Program-made: the position numbers and the translations under genes | The notes under the pieces: model-generated | What the model saw: the letters and a program-made list of their open reading frames with translations, nothing else | Database searches by the model: none | Told to the model about the DNA's origin: nothing | Shown here: positions 56,853 to 63,644 of the stretch, piece after piece | How the letters are laid out: every line of letters begins with the position of its first letter | Position numbering within the stretch: the first letter of the stretch is position 1 | Origin: a virus | Length of the DNA stretch: 64,000 bases | Reading direction: 5' to 3' (one strand) | Virus record (IMG/VR): IMGVR_UViG_3300025133_000027 | Location: 112,255 to 176,254 of that record

Positions 56853-57305
56853 ATGGCTAGTGCGAAAAAGAAGTCAGATCGAAAATGTGGATTTTGTGGA
56901 AAACTTGGACACGACAAGAGGACTTGTGTGGAAAAAAAGAATGCTGACTCTGTAACTAAGGCTTACATCAGCCAAGGCCGTAAAGACTTAAAAGAATACT
57001 TCATGAGTATTGGCCTTGGTATTGGTTCGGTTATTAGCCGTAGAGTTGTGATCTTTTCTAAAGATCAAACCGCATCTTTTAAAGATATTGTTGCGATCGT
57101 AACGCATATCGATCTAAAAGATCTTCTTGTAGACAACAATATTGATGTTATTACATATTCAAGACTAGATGATCTCAATTCAACATCATTGTCTGATTTT
57201 GGTATCCATTCTAAATATAACGTGAATGGGACTAAAATAAAAGTAGTCAAGCCGACATCTCAGAAAGAGATTCAGAATATGTTTGATAAAGCCTATAACT
57301 TTTAG
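56853..57305 (+). CDS. Zinc-knuckle (CCHC) protein
   Basis: CGFCGKLGHDKRTC; AGGAGG RBS before ATG 56853. Confidence 0.75.
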   Translation: MASAKKKSDRKCGFCGKLGHDKRTCVEKKNADSVTKAYISQGRKDLKEYFMSIGLGIGSVISRRVVIFSKDQTASFKDIVAIVTHIDLKDLLVDNNIDVITYSRLDDLNSTSLSDFGIHSKYNVNGTKIKVVKPTSQKEIQNMFDKAYNF

Positions 57306-57312
57306 GATACAA

Positions 57313-57723
57313 ATGGCAACCTTTGATGAACTTTCTAAGAAAAAACAAAAATACTTCAACGTAGCGTTGAATGCAGCGAAACTTTCCGATTACGGAAAGT
57401 TTCGGCATGGTGCATTGCTTGTTAAAGGTGGTTCAATTATCAATATTGGCTATAACAACGGTGGACATTCTAAATTTGGCAGCTTTCATCGATGTCTTAC
57501 ACCAGGGGTTGCGACAAACCATGCTGAGATTAGCACAGTAAAGTGTCTTCCATGAAACGCAACAAAGAAGGCGATTCTCTATGTCGTAAGAATCAATAAA
57601 AACGATGAGATGGGCATGTCGAAGCCATGCCCTATATGCCACTCAGTTCTTGACAGCCTTGGTATTAAGAAAGTATTTTATAGCACTGGCTCTAATGAGT
57701 GGGAGAGTTATGGATTTGGATAG
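57313..57723 (+). pseudogene. Cytidine/dCMP-type zinc deaminase interrupted by an in-frame TGA at 57553-57555
   Basis: HGA.L...GYN and HAE lie before the stop; LYVVR...SKPCPIC...GIKKVFYS follows in the same frame. Confidence 0.8.
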
Positions 57724-57952
57724 TCTTGTAGATAGAAAGGAGTTTATTTATATTCTTGATGAAACTTACTATCATATAAAATTAATAGATGAAACTTACT
57801 ATTATTATTGGCACTTCCAACGCGAATCTCAACGTCTAAGTTGCCAGCAGGAAACCCGTGGCTTATTAAAAAGGAAACGATGGTTAGAAGACATGTTTGC
57901 CTGTGGATCTAGAAAAGTTTGTCCAAAAATGCCAATTTATTATGAGGAATAA
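57710..57952 (+). CDS. Hypothetical protein with an internal 15 bp duplication (DETYY x2)
   Basis: GATGAAACTTACTAT at 57758 and 57788. Confidence 0.5.
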   Translation: MDLDSLVDRKEFIYILDETYYHIKLIDETYYYYWHFQRESQRLSCQQETRGLLKRKRWLEDMFACGSRKVCPKMPIYYEE

Positions 57953-57953
57953 C

Positions 57954-58142
57954 ATGAAGAAGTATGATTTAAAACTAATAAGAACAATTGATGGTCTATT
58001 TATCTTGATGACAATTAAAGCGAAGTCCTTTGAAGAGGCCGCATCTAGATCATATTTAGCAAAATCTAGAGTTCGACAAGAGAATAGACTAAACGGAGTC
58101 TTGCAGGATTGGAATATCTGCCATTTAATTGAAGTAATTTAA
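57954..58142 (+). CDS. Small hypothetical protein
   Basis: GAGGA RBS and ATG 57954. Confidence 0.6.
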   Translation: MKKYDLKLIRTIDGLFILMTIKAKSFEEAASRSYLAKSRVRQENRLNGVLQDWNICHLIEVI

Positions 58143-58251
58143 TAATTGCTACTTTCATGGTATGATAAACTTGGCAGCCTCGCGGGCGCGCACATTATAT
58201 AACGCCATTCACGGAGGTTGAACGACTTTCGAAATAGCACGGAGAGACAAA

Positions 58252-58773
58252 ATGGATACACTGGTATTGAGCAGTGCTTATCAACCACTTAGAGCAGTTT
58301 CTTGGAAGAGAGCTATGGGGCTTATCAGCGCTGGGAAAGTAGAGGTTGTTAAGCAATACAAAAACAGGCAGATTAGAACTGCACATGAGACAATCAAAAT
58401 CCCATCTATAATTAGATTTCTTGGTAAAGAAGTGATAAAACGCTTTCTTCACAAAAAGAAGATTCCCTACTCAAAAGACAATATTTGGATCAGAGATGAG
58501 GGCGAATGTCAATACTGTAGTAAAAAGTTAGAAAGACGTAAGTTTACCCTGGATCACATCTTGCCTATTAGCAAGGGTGGTAAGACTTCTTGGACAAATA
58601 TTGTTGCATGTTGTCAAGAGTGTAATACTTATAAGAGAGATATGACTTTGAAGGAATCTAAGATGAAGCTTCGAAAAGAGCCAATTAGGCCTGCTCCATC
58701 AAATAAATATTTCAAAGACCCTGCTGCTGGTTTGAAAGGAAAGAACACGCACTGGACAGACTTTTTATATTAG
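58252..58773 (+). CDS. HNH endonuclease (McrA-like family)
   Basis: RD...CQYC, TLDHILP.SKGG...W.N.V.CC..CN..K motifs. Confidence 0.92.
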   Translation: MDTLVLSSAYQPLRAVSWKRAMGLISAGKVEVVKQYKNRQIRTAHETIKIPSIIRFLGKEVIKRFLHKKKIPYSKDNIWIRDEGECQYCSKKLERRKFTLDHILPISKGGKTSWTNIVACCQECNTYKRDMTLKESKMKLRKEPIRPAPSNKYFKDPAAGLKGKNTHWTDFLY

Positions 58774-58782
58774 GAGTATAAC

Positions 58783-59538
58783 ATGAAGAAGATTTTAGAG
58801 AGCTTTAGAAAATATGTTGAGGATAAGAAAAATAATGGCTTTGCATCAAAAGTAGATGAGACTGCTGCAAATACAATGTCAGCTATGTCTGTATTTGAAG
58901 AGGAAATGCTTGAGGAGGGATTTGAACCAGACTCAATCGACTATGAAGTTAGCGAGGTTAACGAGCCTGACCCTGAAGTGGCCCAAAGGTTCATAGACTC
59001 TTTATACGCGGGTAAGCGAGCAGGGTTCTTATCTCCCTACTCACTTCAAGAGCTTTCGGCAATGAACCTTTATTTAGTAAAGGGACATAACGCAGGCTTT
59101 GCTGTAAAACCCGATGGCGATATTGTCAGTGTTCATAATAATTCTGAACTCCGTAGACTTGGGAGTGAGTTCATGAGAAAAGCCATCGAAGTTGGTGGTG
59201 TGAAGCTAGATCACTTCGATGGCTTTCTCAGTGGACTGTATCGTAAATATGGCTTTACAGATGTGACTGAGATGTATGAGTGGGATGAGCAATACAAGCC
59301 GAAAGCTTGGACTTATTCCGCAGTGGATATTACAAACCCAAAAACTTCGGTCTACTCAGAAGCATTTAGCGAATTGACACACCAAGATTCAAAGACTTCA
59401 CCAGACTTGACCCTTAGTGAAGAATCTACTATAGTGGTCATCGAAGGCGGCTTGAAGTTCGAGATCGTTCCAAGAAATAAATTTAATCAGTATAAATACG
59501 GAAGACCAGATGTGATCTTTCGACAATTAAAACAATAA
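58783..59538 (+). CDS. GNAT-fold-like protein with a putative head-targeting N-terminus
   Basis: AGFAV..DGDIVSV.N, LG..FM..AI..GG..LD.FD..L..LY..YGF motifs. Confidence 0.55.
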   Translation: MKKILESFRKYVEDKKNNGFASKVDETAANTMSAMSVFEEEMLEEGFEPDSIDYEVSEVNEPDPEVAQRFIDSLYAGKRAGFLSPYSLQELSAMNLYLVKGHNAGFAVKPDGDIVSVHNNSELRRLGSEFMRKAIEVGGVKLDHFDGFLSGLYRKYGFTDVTEMYEWDEQYKPKAWTYSAVDITNPKTSVYSEAFSELTHQDSKTSPDLTLSEESTIVVIEGGLKFEIVPRNKFNQYKYGRPDVIFRQLKQ

Positions 59539-59545
59539 GGAAAAT

Positions 59546-59767
59546 ATGAACCTAGCGAGAGTACACACTGCCTGCACAATCGATGCAGAGCAGGTCGTAG
59601 CTGTATGGTCTGAAATGTATGCAGATCCAAAACTAGATAAAGCAAATTACTTAACCAAGGTTTGCTTTAAAAACGGCTTCGTTCTAACTGTTGCTGGATA
59701 TGATTCTAAGGACGATGCTGACCAAATGGTCCACCTAATCACAGATAAAATGGAGAGTTATGTATAG
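59546..59767 (+). CDS. Small hypothetical protein
   Basis: 73 aa with AAGGA RBS. Confidence 0.6.
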   Translation: MNLARVHTACTIDAEQVVAVWSEMYADPKLDKANYLTKVCFKNGFVLTVAGYDSKDDADQMVHLITDKMESYV

Positions 59768-60752
59768 TATAAGTAACGCTAAGTTTACCCCAAGCGGAAT
59801 GAAAATCCTAGAAGATATGACAGAGATGGATCTTCCTAGTTTTTTTAGTCAAGTAAAAGGCTCTCAAGAGTTTTACAATAAACATAAAGACATGCTTGAG
59901 GCTGGTGGTGTTATTTGTGGTGGCAAACTGCGACGTGCTTGGCTTTCAAAGGATATGAATGCCACCAAGGGGAAGCGAAGTTCTCACTCCCCTTGGTGGC
60001 AAAAACCCAAAGAATGTGACATCGACATTTATGTAACAGACGAAGCTGATGTGTATGGAGTTTGTAAGGCTCTTGAGAAAGAAGGCGGAAACTCACTTAA
60101 AACAGCGGAAATGGAAAAATCACTTAAAAACGAAGTTAAGGAACTTGAACGAAAGTTTGGTGTCCAGATCGACAGATATTACATTGACAAAGGATTCAAT
60201 AAGGCTTTTAAGAAGCTTAAGAGCTACTTTAATAAAAAAGAAGTCAAGAGTAGTGGTGTTCATGTAACATATAATGCAATTAATTACAAGATTAAAGACA
60301 CTAAATATCAAGTTGTTGAGTTCCTTGAGGGACAGGAGACAGTTCCTAAGATTCTTGGCAATTTCGACATTATCAACTGTATGATTGGTATGTCAAAAGA
60401 TAAGATTTATTATCATAAAGAGGCTCTCGATCTAATCGATAAGAAGATTCTAAAGTTTAATGACAATCCAATCTCTATGAGAACTTCTGAGTTCATTCAT
60501 TTCAGTCGGATTTCAAGATACTTTGCTATGGAAGAGCACAACGAGATCCATAATCCTAAGTTGTTTCGAAAAGCTATTGCTGCGAGACGGCAGGCCTCTC
60601 CTTATAGCAGGAACAAAATTGATTGGGAAGAAAAGTCTCTTTACAGATTTGCATTCTCAAAACTAAGGACAAAAGACTTGTCACAGTTCCTGTTGATTTG
60701 TAATAGTATTGATGATTATGTAACCAAAGAGATTCACAAGAGAATCAAGTAG
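59760..60752 (+). CDS. Pol-beta superfamily nucleotidyltransferase (CCA/poly(A) polymerase head-like), paralog 1
   Basis: ICGGKLRR, CDIDIY and FDIINCMIG motifs. Confidence 0.7.
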   Translation: MYSISNAKFTPSGMKILEDMTEMDLPSFFSQVKGSQEFYNKHKDMLEAGGVICGGKLRRAWLSKDMNATKGKRSSHSPWWQKPKECDIDIYVTDEADVYGVCKALEKEGGNSLKTAEMEKSLKNEVKELERKFGVQIDRYYIDKGFNKAFKKLKSYFNKKEVKSSGVHVTYNAINYKIKDTKYQVVEFLEGQETVPKILGNFDIINCMIGMSKDKIYYHKEALDLIDKKILKFNDNPISMRTSEFIHFSRISRYFAMEEHNEIHNPKLFRKAIAARRQASPYSRNKIDWEEKSLYRFAFSKLRTKDLSQFLLICNSIDDYVTKEIHKRIK

Positions 60753-60759
60753 GAAATCA

Positions 60760-61731
60760 ATGGTATTTTCAACAATTATGAGTGGAGTGAGTTCTAATTC
60801 AATATCACCTTTCTTTATGCCGACTGTTGAAAAAGGTAAGGGGCTTAAGATTATTAAGGTAGGTCTTGCAGAAGCAGTAAAGAAAGGACTACTTCCGAGT
60901 GACTTGCCAAAGCTTGTTGAAAGTCCTATGGTCAAGCACCTTTTGGATAAGGATGGTATGCTTGCGGGTGGTGCTCTAAGAAGGACAATCGTTCGTGGTT
61001 CTTGCATCGATTTGGTAAAATACAAGATCGGCAAGAGCCACACAGACGGCGAACTAAGGCCAGAACTTCTGTTGGGTGGCGAGGTTGCTTTTGATTTAGA
61101 TTTTTATTTTGAGTCAATAGGGGCAACTGTGGATGCTATCCAAAGCATTGAAGCCGATATGTTGCTCAAGAGAGCTTCATCTTCTTATTGTGCAACTACA
61201 TTTGTTATACCGAAAGGTATGTCTCCTTACGATGGCGAGACTCATGGACAGATAATTGACAACAAGAATAAAAATTCATTTGAAGAAATTCTACAGAGTT
61301 TTGATATTGTCAATTGTATGTTAGGGATTACCAAGACGCATTTCTATTATGCTGAAGAAGCTTATGACGCTATTGTTAATAACACAATTCGAGTGAATAA
61401 AGAGCTTGAAGCTTACAAGTCTGAAGAGGAGATTACAGATCATCAATATCGATTTAGGATGAAAAGATATATTAAATATCTTGACATGCCAGAACATCGT
61501 GTTATGTGTTCCAAGACAGCAGATTTTATCTTAACAAGGATTTTGAATCGCAAAGTAGAGCAACGAGATATGTATATTTCTACTAACCTTAGTGACTCCT
61601 TGGTTCCCGTTGTCAACAGATTGATTGATCAAGCTAGCCTAGCAACTCTTGTGGGTATGTATGGAAACTGTAAGTTCAGGGACGAACGGATTGATTTAAG
61701 ATTTAGTGACTACAAAAAGGAAAAGAAGTGA
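60760..61731 (+). CDS. Pol-beta superfamily nucleotidyltransferase, paralog 2
   Basis: LAGGALRR, FDLDFY, FDIVNCMLG and R..RY motifs. Confidence 0.7.
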   Translation: MVFSTIMSGVSSNSISPFFMPTVEKGKGLKIIKVGLAEAVKKGLLPSDLPKLVESPMVKHLLDKDGMLAGGALRRTIVRGSCIDLVKYKIGKSHTDGELRPELLLGGEVAFDLDFYFESIGATVDAIQSIEADMLLKRASSSYCATTFVIPKGMSPYDGETHGQIIDNKNKNSFEEILQSFDIVNCMLGITKTHFYYAEEAYDAIVNNTIRVNKELEAYKSEEEITDHQYRFRMKRYIKYLDMPEHRVMCSKTADFILTRILNRKVEQRDMYISTNLSDSLVPVVNRLIDQASLATLVGMYGNCKFRDERIDLRFSDYKKEKK

Positions 61732-61958
61732 GCAAAATAAAAGTAGGGATTGTTATTTACTATGTTCCATACAATACTGTAGTATATGAAAGAGATTTCG
61801 GATTAGTAACCGAGATAATTGATTGCAATTTTGAGGTGACTTCACTAAAGAATGGACTTGGGGATGAGCGAATATTTCCTTTGAAATATCTTGGAAAAAA
61901 AATCTTTCTAAATAAAGCAACTGCTGACAAAGTTGCCGAGCAAAGAACCAATCATTGA
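61728..61958 (+). CDS. Small hypothetical protein
   Basis: 76 aa, GTGA overlap. Confidence 0.6.
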   Translation: MSKIKVGIVIYYVPYNTVVYERDFGLVTEIIDCNFEVTSLKNGLGDERIFPLKYLGKKIFLNKATADKVAEQRTNH

Positions 61959-61983
61959 CAAGAAGTGTGATCTGCCGTAGAAT
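61955..61983 (+). promoter_or_regulatory. sigma70 promoter
   Basis: TTGACA-N17-TAGAAT. Confidence 0.75.
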
Positions 61984-62054
61984 TAAGGACCGGCAACAAG
62001 AGGGAGTATAAACCAATGATCTACATTATAAACATCTATAGTTAAGGATTAGCT

Positions 62055-62291
62055 ATGACTAGAGAAGAAGTTAAAAAGCACGGCTGGCCTATCGGAACCG
62101 TCTTAAGGATCAGGGAAGACATTAGACGAAATAATCACATCATGCTCATTGTAGGTGGTCTGGAAAAGAAAGAAAAAGATTACCCAGGTTTGAGAGCTGG
62201 TGAGTACCAGCAAGATGCCGTAAATTTAGCCAATTTTCTTAAAGAGGAAAGGATCTTATCTTTAGCAACATGGGATAAGTTGGAGGACTAA
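62055..62291 (+). CDS. Small hypothetical protein, paralog of the next gene
   Basis: M..EE.K..G..IG.V pattern shared with 62294. Confidence 0.65.
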   Translation: MTREEVKKHGWPIGTVLRIREDIRRNNHIMLIVGGLEKKEKDYPGLRAGEYQQDAVNLANFLKEERILSLATWDKLED

Positions 62292-62293
62292 AT

Positions 62294-62548
62294 ATGTCTG
62301 ACGAAGAACTTAAAGTAAGCGGCTACAAGATTGGATCTGTGATCTATACAATATTGGACAGTGTAATAGATCCGAGAAAACATACATATCTGATTACTGG
62401 GCCTTTAACTAGAGAAAAACCCTTTACGAATGTGTTGTATGATACAAGTTATGTACAAAAAGCTGTTTTTCTTTATGACACTAGTAGAGAAACTGAATTA
62501 TATATTCTTTGTCCAAATTTAACACTAAGTGAAAAACGTGTAATATGA
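62294..62548 (+). CDS. Small hypothetical protein
   Basis: GGAGG RBS; paralogous to 62055. Confidence 0.65.
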   Translation: MSDEELKVSGYKIGSVIYTILDSVIDPRKHTYLITGPLTREKPFTNVLYDTSYVQKAVFLYDTSRETELYILCPNLTLSEKRVI

Positions 62549-62569
62549 AATCAACAAGTTCGAAAGAGC

Positions 62570-62598
62570 TTGCAAGAAAGTCCCCTCCACGCTATGAT
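62570..62598 (+). promoter_or_regulatory. sigma70 promoter of the tRNA operon
   Basis: TTGCAA-N17-TATGAT, 15 nt before tRNA-Leu. Confidence 0.7.
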
Positions 62599-62613
62599 GG
62601 GAGGGCGAAAGAG

Positions 62614-62694
62614 GCTGGTGTGGTGGAATGGTAGACACGCTGGTTTTAGGTACCAGTGCCGCAAGGCGTGCAGGTTCAAGTCCTGTCACCAGTA
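62614..62694 (+). tRNA. tRNA-Leu(TAG)
   Basis: Acceptor GCTGGTG/CACCAGT; anticodon arm CTGGT-TTTAGGT-ACCAG; variable arm; TTCAAGT loop; no encoded CCA. Confidence 0.93.
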
Positions 62695-62703
62695 CCGTAA
62701 GGA

Positions 62704-62755
62704 AGCATCCTGAATAAGATGTTACAGCTTGTTTTCAGCGAGTAAAAACTATTCA
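62704..62755 (+). ncRNA. Pseudoknot motif copy 1
   Basis: AGCATC-CTGAATAA-GATGTT...AAAAAC-TATTCA. Confidence 0.65.
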
Positions 62756-62874
62756 ACATACGAAAGGGAACTTCAAGTGAGTTCCTCCTGTTTAGAGTTA
62801 TATCCTCTAAACAGATTTGACAATTGAATACAATAGCAGCACAGGTGTGAAATAATCATCTAGTGCTGCTCTAT

Positions 62875-62958
62875 GCGAGAGTGGTGGAATGGTATACACA
62901 GGACACTTAAAATGTTCTGGCCTTTATGGCCATGCGGGTTCGATTCCCGTCTCTCGTA
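62875..62958 (+). tRNA. tRNA-Leu(TAA)
   Basis: Acceptor GCGAGAG/CTCTCGT; GGACA-CTTAAAA-TGTTC; variable arm; TTCGATT loop; no encoded CCA. Confidence 0.93.
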
Positions 62959-62963
62959 CTGTT

Positions 62964-63006
62964 TTCCCTGAGCATGGAGTCCGACACATTAGGACATAAC
63001 TGCTTA
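62964..63006 (+). ncRNA. Pseudoknot motif copy 2
   Basis: TTCC-CTGAGCAT-GGAG, hairpin GTCC/GGAC, ATAAC-TGCTTA. Confidence 0.65.
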
Positions 63007-63008
63007 AC

Positions 63009-63083
63009 GCGAATAAGGATCATTTGGTAGATCATCTGCCTTCCAAGCAGACCATCGTGCGGGTTCGAACCCCGCTATTCGCT
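63009..63083 (+). tRNA. tRNA-Gly(TCC), atypical
   Basis: Acceptor GCGAATA/TATTCGC; TCTGC-CTTCCAA-GCAGA; GCGGG-TTCGAAC-CCCGC; U73. Confidence 0.88.
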
Positions 63084-63107
63084 CTGACCCTCCTAAATAT
63101 GAGGACA

Positions 63108-63154
63108 TCTCCAGAACATCTGCTCTGATGAGACCGAAACCGAAAAACTGTTTA
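63108..63154 (+). ncRNA. Degenerate pseudoknot motif copy 3
   Basis: TCTC-CAGAACA...GAGA...AAAAAC-TGTTTA. Confidence 0.35.
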
Positions 63155-63160
63155 TGACCA

Positions 63161-63222
63161 GTAATCCTGAATAAGATTATGTTCTCCTGGGCGTGCAAAG
63201 CTTCGGAGATTAAAACTGTTCA
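63161..63222 (+). ncRNA. Pseudoknot motif copy 4
   Basis: GTAATC-CTGAATAA-GATTAT, hairpin TCTCC/GGAGA, AAAAC-TGTTCA. Confidence 0.65.
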
Positions 63223-63226
63223 ATAT

Positions 63227-63300
63227 CTATGTGTGGCGAAATTTGGTATCGCGCTCCGTTTGGGTCGGAGAGATTGGAGGTTCAAATCCTCTCACATAGA
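63227..63300 (+). tRNA. tRNA-Pro(TGG)
   Basis: Acceptor CTATGTG/CACATAG; CTCCG-TTTGGGT-CGGAG; TTCAAAT loop; no encoded CCA. Confidence 0.93.
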
Positions 63301-63327
63301 CCTTATAGACTTCAAGAAGGGTTTACT

Positions 63328-63549
63328 ATGAAGGAAACAGGAATCATCCTTGGGCAAGAATATAAATGGATTGTGAATGGTCAAATAGCTATAGTTATAG
63401 GTTATGATGAAACGAGAGCGTTCCCATTCGACATTTTTGTATGCAACTGTCTTGAAAGACTCACTTCCTATAGGTGTGCATCCCGAATGGAGCTTTCAAC
63501 TTTCCCTGGTTCCAAAAAATATCCTGTATTTATAGATGAAAGTAATTAA
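63328..63549 (+). CDS. Small hypothetical protein within the tRNA cluster
   Basis: ATG after tRNA-Pro; I.LGQ.Y...AI...YPVF pattern shared with 63641. Confidence 0.6.
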   Translation: MKETGIILGQEYKWIVNGQIAIVIGYDETRAFPFDIFVCNCLERLTSYRCASRMELSTFPGSKKYPVFIDESN

Positions 63550-63584
63550 AGTATCATCAAAAACAACAAAACTGGAGGAAAACA

Positions 63585-63644
63585 ATGGCAACTGAAAAAG
63601 AAAATAAACGTCAAGAATGGTTAGAACTGAGATATTTACAATGA
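63585..63644 (+). CDS. 19 aa mini-ORF (MATEKENKRQEWLELRYLQ)
   Basis: Strong GGAGG RBS; ATGA overlap with 63641. Confidence 0.4.
   Translation: MATEKENKRQEWLELRYLQ

Noticed and set aside
63125-63165. Hammerhead ribozyme core (CTGATGAG...CGAAA)
   Set aside because: Stem II cannot form beyond one pair, and no stem III/NUH site or stem I partner is found. The segment fits better as a degenerate pseudoknot copy.
62704-63222. Mini-CRISPR repeats (ATCCTGAATAAGAT twice)
   Set aside because: Copies are far apart, separated by tRNAs, and conserve structure rather than sequence.
62695-63226. Theta/HDV-like ribozymes at tRNA 3' ends
   Set aside because: I could not build the nested double pseudoknot with a catalytic C. 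The spacers fit a simpler H-type motif instead.
63229-63327. N-terminal extension of ORF 63229-63549
   Set aside because: It overlaps tRNA-Pro. The likely start is 63328.
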